From the NCBI GenBank assembly GCA_900541965.1, contig UQLN01000002.1:16547-80546 (forward strand): 64,000 nt of DNA, read 5' to 3'. Below are positions 40,812 through 50,378 of the stretch, piece after piece (position 1 is the stretch's first letter; the number at the start of each line of letters is the position of its first letter). Below the pieces are notes generated by a model. It ran no database searches. It had not been told where the DNA came from and saw only the letters and a program-made list of their open reading frames with translations. Source of the stretch: an uncultured Parabacteroides sp. Lineage in GTDB: Bacteria; Bacteroidota; Bacteroidia; Bacteroidales; Tannerellaceae. Both the position numbers and the translations under genes were made by a program.

Positions 40812-42293
40812 ATGAATAAAATTAAATTAATGATATTAGCTTTAGCCGGAATGATAACTGTTACCGGCTGTGGAGATTTTGGTGATACGAATGTGGATCC
40901 GAATAACCCATCCAAGCCTGATACACGCTTTCTGTTTTCTTATGCGTGCAAAAAGGTTCCCACTCTGTCTATGGTCAGCACATTTAACCCATGGACACAA
41001 ATTTATCCTCAATATGTTTCAGAAGGTAAATCAATCCAGTTTACAAACTTTTCACAGCCGCAGTTTGCAACTACAAGTTACTATACTGAGACACTGCGTA
41101 ACCTGGAAGGTATCATTAAACTAAACACAGACGAAGAAACAAAAAATGAGTCGTATGTTGTTCAGCTCGGGTCGGCAGCCAATCAGATTGCCGCTTGTAG
41201 AACATTGCGTGCGCTCTTTTATATGAGTTTGACCGATGCTCAGGGCATGGTTGCCTATTCGGAAGCATTAAAGGGTGATGATGCCAACTTTACACCTAAA
41301 TACGATTCACAGGAATCTATCTATACAGACCTGGATAAAGAATTAACTGAAGCATATGCACAGTTTGACGCATCCAGTTCATTAGATAAGAATTTCGATA
41401 TTTTATATGCCGGCAATATCTCTAACTGGAAAAAGTTAAATGCCTCTATCCGTATGATGATGGCAATCAAACTGAGCGATGTTGCACCCGGAGTAGGTAA
41501 AGAACGTTTTGCAAAGGCATATACAGACGGCGGCATGACAGACAATGACGAAATGCTGGTTTACAAATATCTGCAAGAAACAGCCAATCAAAACCCGATG
41601 TATGACAACATGGTTGTTTCCGGACGTAAAGATTATGCTCCTTCAAAAACAATCCTCGATCAGCTATTGGCCTACAACGACCCGCGTATTCACGCTTATG
41701 CCGTTCCAAACTCTCTGGGAGAGTATAAAGGCGTTCCTTTCGGGCTTATTCAGGCAGACGTTACAAATTATAAAGATTGTGCAGCTTTTGCTGAACGTTA
41801 TTACCAACAGAATTCACCGGTTGTTGTAATCTCTCCGTCGCATATCCTGCTTATCGAAGCAGAAGCCGCTGTACGTGGCTGGATCAATGCCGATCCTGCT
41901 GATTTATATAAAGCCGGCATTACAGCTTCTTTCGCTCAATATGATGATATCGACGAACTGAAAAATCCGGAAGAAGCAGCTGAAACTTATTGTGCTCAAG
42001 CTGATATCAAATTTGAAGGTACCGATGCCCAGAAAATTGAAAAAATTGCTATGCAACGTTGGTTGGCAAACTTCATGCAGAACGGTTTCGAAGCATGGTC
42101 TGACTGGAGACGTCTGAATGTTCCGAAGTTAAAAGTAGGTCCGAACGCATTGGTAGACCATATACCCTACCGCATGACTTACAGCGCACCGGATTATAAT
42201 ACCAACATGGATAATTATAATGCAGCTGTAGCAGAGCAAGGACCAGACAATATCGAAACTCGCGTATGGTGGGATGTAGCTCCCAATAACTAA
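40812..42293 (+). CDS. susD: SusD/RagB-family outer membrane lipoprotein.
   Basis: The start is at MNKIKLMILALAGMITVTGC (lipobox). It lies 20 nt downstream of SusC. About 490 aa, W/Y-rich. Confidence 0.8.
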   Translation: MNKIKLMILALAGMITVTGCGDFGDTNVDPNNPSKPDTRFLFSYACKKVPTLSMVSTFNPWTQIYPQYVSEGKSIQFTNFSQPQFATTSYYTETLRNLEGIIKLNTDEETKNESYVVQLGSAANQIAACRTLRALFYMSLTDAQGMVAYSEALKGDDANFTPKYDSQESIYTDLDKELTEAYAQFDASSSLDKNFDILYAGNISNWKKLNASIRMMMAIKLSDVAPGVGKERFAKAYTDGGMTDNDEMLVYKYLQETANQNPMYDNMVVSGRKDYAPSKTILDQLLAYNDPRIHAYAVPNSLGEYKGVPFGLIQADVTNYKDCAAFAERYYQQNSPVVVISPSHILLIEAEAAVRGWINADPADLYKAGITASFAQYDDIDELKNPEEAAETYCAQADIKFEGTDAQKIEKIAMQRWLANFMQNGFEAWSDWRRLNVPKLKVGPNALVDHIPYRMTYSAPDYNTNMDNYNAAVAEQGPDNIETRVWWDVAPNN

Positions 42294-42374
42294 AGAATGT
42301 CATTAATTTATGAGATATATAACCAAAACATGACATTTTAAACACATTTTTTAAACACATTTTTAGACACACTT

Positions 42375-42410
42375 AATCTGGACCAGTAGAGAATACTCGT
42401 CCAGATTTTT
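42375..42410 (+). terminator. Rho-independent terminator after susD of locus 2.
   Basis: AATCTGGACcagtagagaatactcGTCCAGATTTTTTT. Confidence 0.75.
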
Positions 42411-42562
42411 TTCCTTTTCAAAAAGAGCAACGCCCCCAAGTCTGCCAAGACTTCTACTATAATAAATGCTTATAATACAATTATATCACCTACAAAAACA
42501 GATATATGGAGATAGCCATCGATAAATGTGTGGATTCTTACGTTACTAAAAATAAACTTATC

Positions 42563-43072
42563 ATGAAAATATTATTTATTATCATTTTTGTAAGTCTATT
42601 CAATATAGTAACACACGCACAAAAGTCCCAGTATTTTTTAATAGAGAAAAATACTCATTCTGTTTACATATTACCACAAAAACTATATCTACCAGAAATA
42701 ATCGGTCCATTAGACAACAGGTTTACCGTGAAAAAAGATTTAAAACCGCTAATGGATAGCTGCTCATTATATTTAAATGAAGCATTCGAAGGCATTGAAC
42801 TTAATGCAGAAGATTTAAAGGCATTCCATCATACAACATTTTCTTTATTTTTTGATAAAAATATAGACATAATATACTATAGATTCATTATTATAGGTCC
42901 AACATATGCTAAAAACATATTAAAATGGGAAAAGCAATTACATAGATTTACACAAAAAATAAACTCGTTAAATCTCAAACCTTATATCGAAATACAGAAT
43001 AAATCTTTATTCAAACGTGTAGAATTAAGTACTGGAGATTTAGGAAGGAAATTCAAAAATAAAAAGGAATAA
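42563..43072 (+). CDS. Secreted protein of a novel tandemly duplicated family (copy 1, single domain).
   Basis: Signal peptide MKILFIIIFVSLFNIVTHAQ. Conserved motifs shared with the downstream copies: KSQYFLI, LKPLMDSCSL, DLKAFHHTTFS, ILKWEKQLH+F+QK and LKPYIEI. Confidence 0.6.
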   Translation: MKILFIIIFVSLFNIVTHAQKSQYFLIEKNTHSVYILPQKLYLPEIIGPLDNRFTVKKDLKPLMDSCSLYLNEAFEGIELNAEDLKAFHHTTFSLFFDKNIDIIYYRFIIIGPTYAKNILKWEKQLHRFTQKINSLNLKPYIEIQNKSLFKRVELSTGDLGRKFKNKKE

Positions 43073-43111
43073 CAAATCATCAATAATTATTAACCTACAA
43101 ATAACAAAATC

Positions 43112-44089
43112 ATGAAAACATTATTTATTATCACTTTTATAAGTCTATTCAGCATACAAACATATGCACAAAAGTCGCAGTACTTCTTAATTAAGGAAGA
43201 TTCCTCAGAAATAGTACCCAAAGACCTTCATTTACCAGAGATAACAGGTCCGTCAGATAACAGTGTTACTCTAAAAGGGAATCTAAAACCGCTAATGGAT
43301 AGTTGCTCATTATTTTTAAATGAAGCATTTGATGGCATTGAACTTAATACAGAAGATTTAAAAGCATTCCATCATACAACATTTTCTTTCATCTTTGATA
43401 AAGATGGAAAAATGATATACTATAGATACACTGTTATAGGTTCGAAATATACTAAAGATATATTAAAATGGGAAAAACGATTATATAAATTTGCACAAAA
43501 GATGAAATCGCTCAATCTTAAACCTTATATCGAAATACGGGACGAATCGTTATTCAAACGTGGATCATTTAATATTGGAGATTTAGGAAGAAAATTTCAA
43601 AACAAAAATAAAGGACAAACATCATCTTATTTTATAATTGAAAAATCAAAATCAGATACAATCTTGTATTTAAAACCGAAAGACCTTGTATTAAAGGAGA
43701 TCGACTCATCCCATGACAATCGATACTGGTTTATAAATCCCAAAGAAATGAAAATAGTATTAGATTCGTTGATACAACAATCTTTTGAAGGATTAAATCT
43801 AAAAGATATATGCCTATTGGATCATTTAAATTTCGTTGCTTATTTTGATAATCAATACAATTTGATATATTATCAATACTATTTTCCCAAAAAGCATGCA
43901 GATAAACTAAAGAATATAGATAAACAATTGTATAAATTCACTCAAATGCTCAGACAAATAGACATTAAGTCTTATATCAAAATACATAATGAGAAGTCAT
44001 TCAAACAAGCAAGTTTTGGCATTATCAACTTTAAAGATAAATACGAAAATAAATATTCTAATAAACCTAATGGTTCGTTAAATAATTGA
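43112..44089 (+). CDS. Secreted protein of the same family (copy 2), made of two tandem domains.
   Basis: 325 aa with the signal peptide MKTLFIITFISLFSIQTYAQ. Residues ~20-165 and ~170-325 each repeat the family motifs (YF(L/I)I...F(E/D)G(I/L)(E/N)L...LKAFHHTTF / HLNFVAYF...IYY(R/Q)Y...LYKF(A/T)Q...(K/S)YI(E/K)I). Confidence 0.6.
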   Translation: MKTLFIITFISLFSIQTYAQKSQYFLIKEDSSEIVPKDLHLPEITGPSDNSVTLKGNLKPLMDSCSLFLNEAFDGIELNTEDLKAFHHTTFSFIFDKDGKMIYYRYTVIGSKYTKDILKWEKRLYKFAQKMKSLNLKPYIEIRDESLFKRGSFNIGDLGRKFQNKNKGQTSSYFIIEKSKSDTILYLKPKDLVLKEIDSSHDNRYWFINPKEMKIVLDSLIQQSFEGLNLKDICLLDHLNFVAYFDNQYNLIYYQYYFPKKHADKLKNIDKQLYKFTQMLRQIDIKSYIKIHNEKSFKQASFGIINFKDKYENKYSNKPNGSLNN

Positions 44090-44188
44090 TTAAAATCTGA
44101 TAATACATCCTCTATAAATATCATTTATTAGCATATAATATATCACTAAAAAAACAGACAAATAGAAAAACACAAATTAAAACTCATT

Positions 44189-44710
44189 ATGAAAACATTA
44201 TTTATCATCACCTTTATAAGTCTATTCAACATACTGGCGTATGCACAAAAGTCGCAGTACTTTTTAATAAGAAAAGACTCCTCCGAAATAGTACCCAAAG
44301 ACCTATTCCTTCCAGAAGTAACAGGTCCGTCAGATAGTAGATTTACTCAAAAAGGAAATCAAAAACAACTAATGGATAGTTGTATATTGTTTTTTAATGA
44401 AGTATTTGATAGAGTTGAACTTACCGCGGAAGATATAAAAGGATTCCATCATACAACATTTTCTGTCACTTTTGATAAAGAAGGGAAAGTTATATATTAT
44501 AGATATATTATCATAGGTTCAGGTCACACGAAGAATCTATTAAAATGGGAGAAACAATTATATGAATTCGCACAAAAAATGGCTTCTATCAATTTTAAAC
44601 CTTACGTTGAAATACACAATGAACCTCTATTCAAGTATGGCACATTAAGTATAGGACGATTAGATAGGAAATTCAAGAATAGAAACTCTGCGAACCTTAA
44701 TACAAAGTGA
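44189..44710 (+). CDS. Secreted protein of the same family (copy 3, single domain).
   Basis: 173 aa with the signal peptide MKTLFIITFISLFNILAYAQ. About 70-80% identical to domain 1 of copy 2 over its full length. Confidence 0.6.
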   Translation: MKTLFIITFISLFNILAYAQKSQYFLIRKDSSEIVPKDLFLPEVTGPSDSRFTQKGNQKQLMDSCILFFNEVFDRVELTAEDIKGFHHTTFSVTFDKEGKVIYYRYIIIGSGHTKNLLKWEKQLYEFAQKMASINFKPYVEIHNEPLFKYGTLSIGRLDRKFKNRNSANLNTK

Positions 44711-45051
44711 TATAAAATAACCTTATTTTTATTGGAGAATAAGCACTTAAGACGTTCAAAATGCCCTTCTCCATTAAGTTCAGACCCCCATCTGGACGGT
44801 ACTGAGACCTGGGTCTCGATGCCATCCGGATGAGGATCTGAATAATAACAAACACCTATATTATTGTAAATAAACAAACTACATTACTAAAAAAGCATCT
44901 TATGTATACAACAATAGATGAGAGTATGATGGTAGCCTGATAGTTCAAAAACACAACCATCATACCATCAACAGCATGAAAATAAACTTGTTATACAAAA
45001 AGATGATAGTATGACAGTATAAATTGTGAACACGCATAAGTATCCCGGTTG

Positions 45052-47556
45052 TTACTCTTTCCGTTTAACTAAACGAACCACGGCGAAAACAACAGCACCG
45101 GCAAACAGCAACAATATCAATAAACCGCCATAATAGGCTACCGTACTTGCTGCCAAATAACCATCCGGAATAAACTTAAAGACAATCTGATGCTCACCGG
45201 CCGGAACACGCATAGCCCTCAGCGTCCAGTCCGCACGGAAATGAGGTACTTCCTTTCCATCGACATAAGCTTTCCATCCCGGCTGATAATAAATTTCCGA
45301 GAAGACGGCTAATTGCTCATTTGCCGCTTTGCTCTTATAGGTTAATTCTTTCGGCGTATATTTTTCCAGCACAATTGTTGCTGTACTATCTTTTTGAGGG
45401 ACGAAACCTTCTATATCCTTTATGAAACGTTTGTCCACTACGGCCGTCTCCAACGGATTCAAAGTATTTAAAGCAGCCATTTCTTCATCTGCATTCTCCA
45501 CCATCCTGATAGCATCCACAAACCAGGCATTTCCATACGCATACGGATTCTTCAATGCAGGCTGTCCAGCATTATAAATAATATAACGCATATTCAACAT
45601 ATTCAGAGAAGTGGCCGAAGCCAAAGCCGGTAAGATGTCTTCCAAAGACTGGGCTTTTTGGAAAGCACCTATAATCGCACGGTATTCGGGATCCAGACGA
45701 CGATCAATCAGTTCCTGGTAACGTTGAAGTTTTGCCGCATGATAACCGCCAATCGATTTATGGTAATAAGAAGTAAACGTCTCCTGCCAAGGATTATTCA
45801 AATTCAATACACGATAAGAAGGATCTTTATCTTTCAATATATCCTGGTCGGCAACTGATTCTTTGAAGTTTGCCTGCAATTGCTCATTTGTAAAATTAGA
45901 CGCATTCAAATAGCGTTTATCAACACTCCAGAAGTCCGCCAGCATCAATACGATCATACCTATACTTACATAAGTAGCAGCCGTCTGTTTATTTTTTGCT
46001 GTCCAGAAATAGAACAACAAACCGGCACTCAACAAAATAAATACCAGCGAACGGAATGCATCGGCAGAAGCAAGCGAAGCACGGTCCATCAACAATGCCG
46101 GATAAAACCAATCCGGAACCTGATTCTGGAACTGGGCATCATAAGCAGACTGGAAATTAAGCAATAGTGTCGGCATTAACCAGACAACTACACACAAACC
46201 ACCGGTTATCCCTAAAGCCCAAAGGCCTCCTTTTTTCAACAATTTATCATCAACTTTTTCCGACAGGATTTCTTTAAGCCCCCAGATAGCAATCAACGGG
46301 AAGACTAAGCCGGGTATTACCAAAGCCATTTCCGGCGTACGGAATTTATTATACATAGGCAGGTGATGGAACATAAAATCATTGAACAAATCGAAATTAC
46401 GCCCCAACGACAAGAACGCAAAGAACAGTGCACCGGCAAACAGCCACCATTTCATCTGATTTCTCACCACAAACATTCCCAGTACAAACAGGAAACAAAC
46501 AATCGCCCCGAAATAGACCGGACCGGAAGTAAATATCTTGTCTCCCCAATAGGTTGGCGCCTGCAAGGTATTGCCTACCTGCGCCCCATTTTTACGGTAT
46601 TCCTGGTACAGCTTGGACGAATCGTCCAATGTTCCTCCCGAACTACCGCCATAAACATCCGGTATCAGAACCGTAAGCAATTCTTTTACTCCATAACTCC
46701 ATTGGAAGGCATATTCTTTATCCAGGCCGGAAGATTTCTTTTGGGTTCCGAGTGTTTCACCGACAGGTTGAGTTAGTTCCGAAGTACCACGGGTACTTGT
46801 CTTACTCATTTCATAATTCATATACAGGTTCCCGATATTCGGAGTCATAGCCAACAAGACACCTGCCAACAACATGCCTGTTACTTTCAGCAACTCTGGA
46901 TAAAGTTTATCTTTCATCTTTTTCCAAGCAAAACACAGATAGATGAAAACACAGAAAAATGCGAGATAATACGTAATCTGAAGATGTCCTTCCAGAACAG
47001 AAAGCGCCGTACCGATTGTGAAAAGTATGACTCCCCAAAGATATTTCTGCTTAAACAGCAGGAACATGCCTCCTACAGTAAGCGGCATATAAGCTATGGC
47101 ATATGCTTTCGAGACATGTCCCGCCTCGATAATAATAATATTATAAGAAGCTAACGCATAGGCAATCGCACCGGCAATCGCCAACCAGCGGTTTACCCCC
47201 ATGATACACATCAGGATATAAAATGCAATCAATCCGGTAAGCACCATTCCGGCACCCATCGGATCTATACTTTTGATTATATTACCCAGGTAACTTACCG
47301 GATTAGGTTTCATACCGGGCATTGCCACCTGATAAGAAGGCATACCGGAAAACATGCTGCCCAGCCATTCGGAAACTACATGATCCTTATTATAATAGTC
47401 CGTTAATTCTTTTGCCATCCCGACAACTTTCATAGAATCGCCCTGCCTCAACACTTTCCCGTCTATCACAGACGGAGCAAAATAAACAACAACTAATCCT
47501 ATAAACAATAAGACAGCTATCAGATGTCTACCGTATTTCTTCCACAAATCTTGCAT
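45052..47556 (-). CDS. YfhO-family polytopic membrane protein (putative glycosyltransferase-like membrane protein).
   Basis: 834 aa with more than 12 predicted TM helices in the N-terminal two-thirds and a soluble C-terminal region. Overall size and architecture match the bacterial YfhO membrane protein family. Confidence 0.65.
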   Translation of the reverse strand: MQDLWKKYGRHLIAVLLFIGLVVVYFAPSVIDGKVLRQGDSMKVVGMAKELTDYYNKDHVVSEWLGSMFSGMPSYQVAMPGMKPNPVSYLGNIIKSIDPMGAGMVLTGLIAFYILMCIMGVNRWLAIAGAIAYALASYNIIIIEAGHVSKAYAIAYMPLTVGGMFLLFKQKYLWGVILFTIGTALSVLEGHLQITYYLAFFCVFIYLCFAWKKMKDKLYPELLKVTGMLLAGVLLAMTPNIGNLYMNYEMSKTSTRGTSELTQPVGETLGTQKKSSGLDKEYAFQWSYGVKELLTVLIPDVYGGSSGGTLDDSSKLYQEYRKNGAQVGNTLQAPTYWGDKIFTSGPVYFGAIVCFLFVLGMFVVRNQMKWWLFAGALFFAFLSLGRNFDLFNDFMFHHLPMYNKFRTPEMALVIPGLVFPLIAIWGLKEILSEKVDDKLLKKGGLWALGITGGLCVVVWLMPTLLLNFQSAYDAQFQNQVPDWFYPALLMDRASLASADAFRSLVFILLSAGLLFYFWTAKNKQTAATYVSIGMIVLMLADFWSVDKRYLNASNFTNEQLQANFKESVADQDILKDKDPSYRVLNLNNPWQETFTSYYHKSIGGYHAAKLQRYQELIDRRLDPEYRAIIGAFQKAQSLEDILPALASATSLNMLNMRYIIYNAGQPALKNPYAYGNAWFVDAIRMVENADEEMAALNTLNPLETAVVDKRFIKDIEGFVPQKDSTATIVLEKYTPKELTYKSKAANEQLAVFSEIYYQPGWKAYVDGKEVPHFRADWTLRAMRVPAGEHQIVFKFIPDGYLAASTVAYYGGLLILLLFAGAVVFAVVRLVKRKE

Positions 47557-47660
47557 ATTCTAAAAAATTTTATCCTGTGCAAAAGTAGGGGATTTATTTT
47601 AATGCACAGTAAGGCTCTATAAAATAAATACATATATTTGTCTACGAAAAATTAAAAGGA

Positions 47661-48758
47661 ATGAAACAAGTACTTTTCATCAGATATCGTAAATCCGGGA
47701 ATATTGACGCAGGGGGCGAACAAGTAGCCAATGCCAACTATCTCGCCTTATGCCGGATATTCGGGGAAGAAAATGTTACGGTATACCATATACACGAAAA
47801 GCAAAATAAAATAAAAGTCCTGCTGAGCGGTATCTCCATATTAATCAATTTCCTGAAAGGTTATTATTACGGACTTTCCCCAAAGAAAGTCGATAAGATT
47901 GTATCATTAGCGGAAAGCTTCCCCTATGTATTTATAGACAGAAGCATTTTCGGCATCTTGGCTAAAGTCCTCCGGAATAAAGAATACAAAGGAAAAATCA
48001 TTACCTTTTTCCACAATGTAGAACCTGTTTATTTTGAAGCGAAGATAGGGAAGAATAAGCCCTGGTGTTCCATTGTAGTAGATTGTGTAGCCAAAAACGA
48101 CCAGCAGGCTTGTGATTATTCCGATATTATAATTGCTCTGAACAAGCGTGACGAGCAGGAAATAGTACAACGTTACCACCGGATACCGGATATTTTATCC
48201 CCGGTTGTTTTCAAAGATACATATAAGCAGGAAACATATCCGGAAGGCAATACTGATACGGTTCCCGTATGTCTTTTCCTTGGCACTTATTTTCCAATGA
48301 ATGTCCGCGGGATTTTATGGTTCGTACATGAGGTGTTACCCCATGTCAACATACGTCTCCTGATTGTAGGCAAAGGGATGAAAGCCATCCTGCCTATGGT
48401 TGAAAAGTATAACAATATTGAAGTATTCAGTGATGTTCCCGACCTGAAACCCTATATTGAAAAGGCAGACTTCATGCTACTTCCTATCTTCGAAGGCAGC
48501 GGCATGAAGGTGAAAACCTGCGAAGCACTTATGTACGGGAAGAATATCATCGGAACCACCGAAGCGTTCGAAGGATATGAAGTCGCATTTGATAAGGTGG
48601 GAGCATGTTGCAATACGAAAGAAGAGTTTATTGCAACATTGAACCGGGTATCAGCCCACCCGGTTCCAAAGTTCAACAGATATGCAAGAGAAACATTTGT
48701 GGACAATTATTCCGAGGAAGAAAAAATCAAACGGTTCAAGGAAGTATTCCAACTATAA
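47661..48758 (+). CDS. GT-B fold glycosyltransferase (GT4/GT1-like).
   Basis: 365 aa. The C-terminal domain reads LLIVGKGMKAILPMVEKYNNIEVFSDVPDLKPYIEKADFMLLPIFEGSGMKVKTCEALMYGKNIIGT, typical of retaining GT-B enzymes. Confidence 0.6.
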   Translation: MKQVLFIRYRKSGNIDAGGEQVANANYLALCRIFGEENVTVYHIHEKQNKIKVLLSGISILINFLKGYYYGLSPKKVDKIVSLAESFPYVFIDRSIFGILAKVLRNKEYKGKIITFFHNVEPVYFEAKIGKNKPWCSIVVDCVAKNDQQACDYSDIIIALNKRDEQEIVQRYHRIPDILSPVVFKDTYKQETYPEGNTDTVPVCLFLGTYFPMNVRGILWFVHEVLPHVNIRLLIVGKGMKAILPMVEKYNNIEVFSDVPDLKPYIEKADFMLLPIFEGSGMKVKTCEALMYGKNIIGTTEAFEGYEVAFDKVGACCNTKEEFIATLNRVSAHPVPKFNRYARETFVDNYSEEEKIKRFKEVFQL

Positions 48759-50117
48759 CGACTGTTCCTCTTTAATAATTCCTACGCAACAAGCGCCTAT
48801 AATCAGGCAAACTCCGGCTAATACCAACATATCGACTTCCGGAGCTACTGCACCGGGTGTTGTAAACCGGCTCAGAATCATACCGCCGAACGAAGCTGCC
48901 ACTATCTGGGGAATACAAATCGTCCCGTTGAATAACCCGAGATATGTTCCCATATGCCCGAAAGTAAGCGCATTGGTAAGGATGGTAAAAGGCAATGCCA
49001 GCATTGCCGCCCATGCACAACCAATCAATAAGAATGAAGCAAACAATACATACGGATCATGAATGAAAAAAACAGAAATAAATCCGGCACCTCCCAATAA
49101 CAAACTAAACGCATAAGCAAACTTCCGGTTCTTAATCACTGGAATAAGAGCTGCCCAGATAACCGAACCGATTGCCTGTACTGCAAATAAAATTCCCACC
49201 CAGTCGGCAGCACTCTGGTATTGGAGCGATTGGGTATCCAGTACCGTTTTAGATACACCACCGACTATTTTCTCCACAGTTGGCGTGTCGAACACGTTCA
49301 ATGCAACAGTACCGTTAGTATAAGTCCACATAAACATAAAGGCTGCCCAACAAAAAAACTGCACCAGCCCTACCGTCCAAAATACTTTTGGCGCCTTCAC
49401 CAGAAGTTTGAATATATTGACTTTTTCTTTTTTGTTTTCACCGGCAATGCCATGATAAGCGGCATATTCCTTGGGAGGATATTCTTTTACCTTTATAGAA
49501 GTATAAATAACGCATAGAATCAGAATCAGGGCGCCGATATAAAACGAATAAATTACCGAATCGGGAATTACTCCCTTCGAAGCGGTATTACTAATGCCGA
49601 TAGCAGCAAAAATAAACGGGAATAAATAGCCGGCAAGGCTTCCGGCATTACAAAGAAAACTCTGGATAGAATAAGCCAGCCCCTTCTGCTTTTCATTCAC
49701 CATATCGCCAACCATCATCTTAAAAGGTTGCATTGCCACATTAATGGATGTATCGAGGAACATTAAAGAAAACAGGCCGAACAACATGGCTGTACCGACA
49801 GTCATTCCAAAACTCCCGGCATTAGGCAGTAAACACATTACACAGACCGCCCCCAATGCACCGACAAACAAATAAGGTATACGCCGCCCGAACCGTGTCC
49901 AAGTACGGTCGCTCAGCACGCCTATAATGGGCTGGACTATAATTCCGGCCAATGGCGGAAGAATCCAGAAGTAACTTAATTCATGCGGGTCCGCCCCCAA
50001 TGTAGAGAAGATACGGCTGATATTGGCACTTTGCAAAGCATAAGCGATCTGCACGCCAAAGAATCCGAAACTAATATTCCATAGCTGCCAGAATCCCAAA
50101 TCCGGAATTTTTTTCAT
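48753..50117 (-). CDS. MFS transporter of the glycoside-pentoside-hexuronide / SLC45-like type.
   Basis: 454 aa with 12 TM segments. The N-terminal GPH-like motif reads GVLSDRTWTRFGRRIPYLF. Confidence 0.75.
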   Translation of the reverse strand: MKKIPDLGFWQLWNISFGFFGVQIAYALQSANISRIFSTLGADPHELSYFWILPPLAGIIVQPIIGVLSDRTWTRFGRRIPYLFVGALGAVCVMCLLPNAGSFGMTVGTAMLFGLFSLMFLDTSINVAMQPFKMMVGDMVNEKQKGLAYSIQSFLCNAGSLAGYLFPFIFAAIGISNTASKGVIPDSVIYSFYIGALILILCVIYTSIKVKEYPPKEYAAYHGIAGENKKEKVNIFKLLVKAPKVFWTVGLVQFFCWAAFMFMWTYTNGTVALNVFDTPTVEKIVGGVSKTVLDTQSLQYQSAADWVGILFAVQAIGSVIWAALIPVIKNRKFAYAFSLLLGGAGFISVFFIHDPYVLFASFLLIGCAWAAMLALPFTILTNALTFGHMGTYLGLFNGTICIPQIVAASFGGMILSRFTTPGAVAPEVDMLVLAGVCLIIGACCVGIIKEEQSL

Positions 50118-50378
50118 GGTAAATTGAGTTAGTGGTTTAAAGCCTCAAAATTAAAACGATTCTGTCGAAGAATTTAGACTATTACTGAAAATCCAACTAA
50201 AATAAAGGCCTTTTCCCTGTACCTCATCTTTCCTTATTACAGCATCCACCTTATTTATCAGAAGGGACAATCAAAGTCTACATTTTTATTCTTTCTGGGT
50301 TTTAGAAAAAATATATAAACAAAAAAGCCCCGGTTCCATCAGAAACCAGAGCTAACCTTTACATTTATACAAGGTATC

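Noticed and set aside
42337-42375. Short direct repeats AAACACATTTTTT / AAACACATTTTT / AGACACACTT after susD.
   Set aside because: These are only 2-3 copies of an AT-rich 12-mer immediately before a terminator. They are most likely low-complexity sequence.
42294-45051. Mobile element or genomic island carrying the paralog array.
   Set aside because: There is no integrase, transposase or tRNA. I could find no direct repeats flanking the region. GC content and codon usage are similar to the neighbouring DNA.
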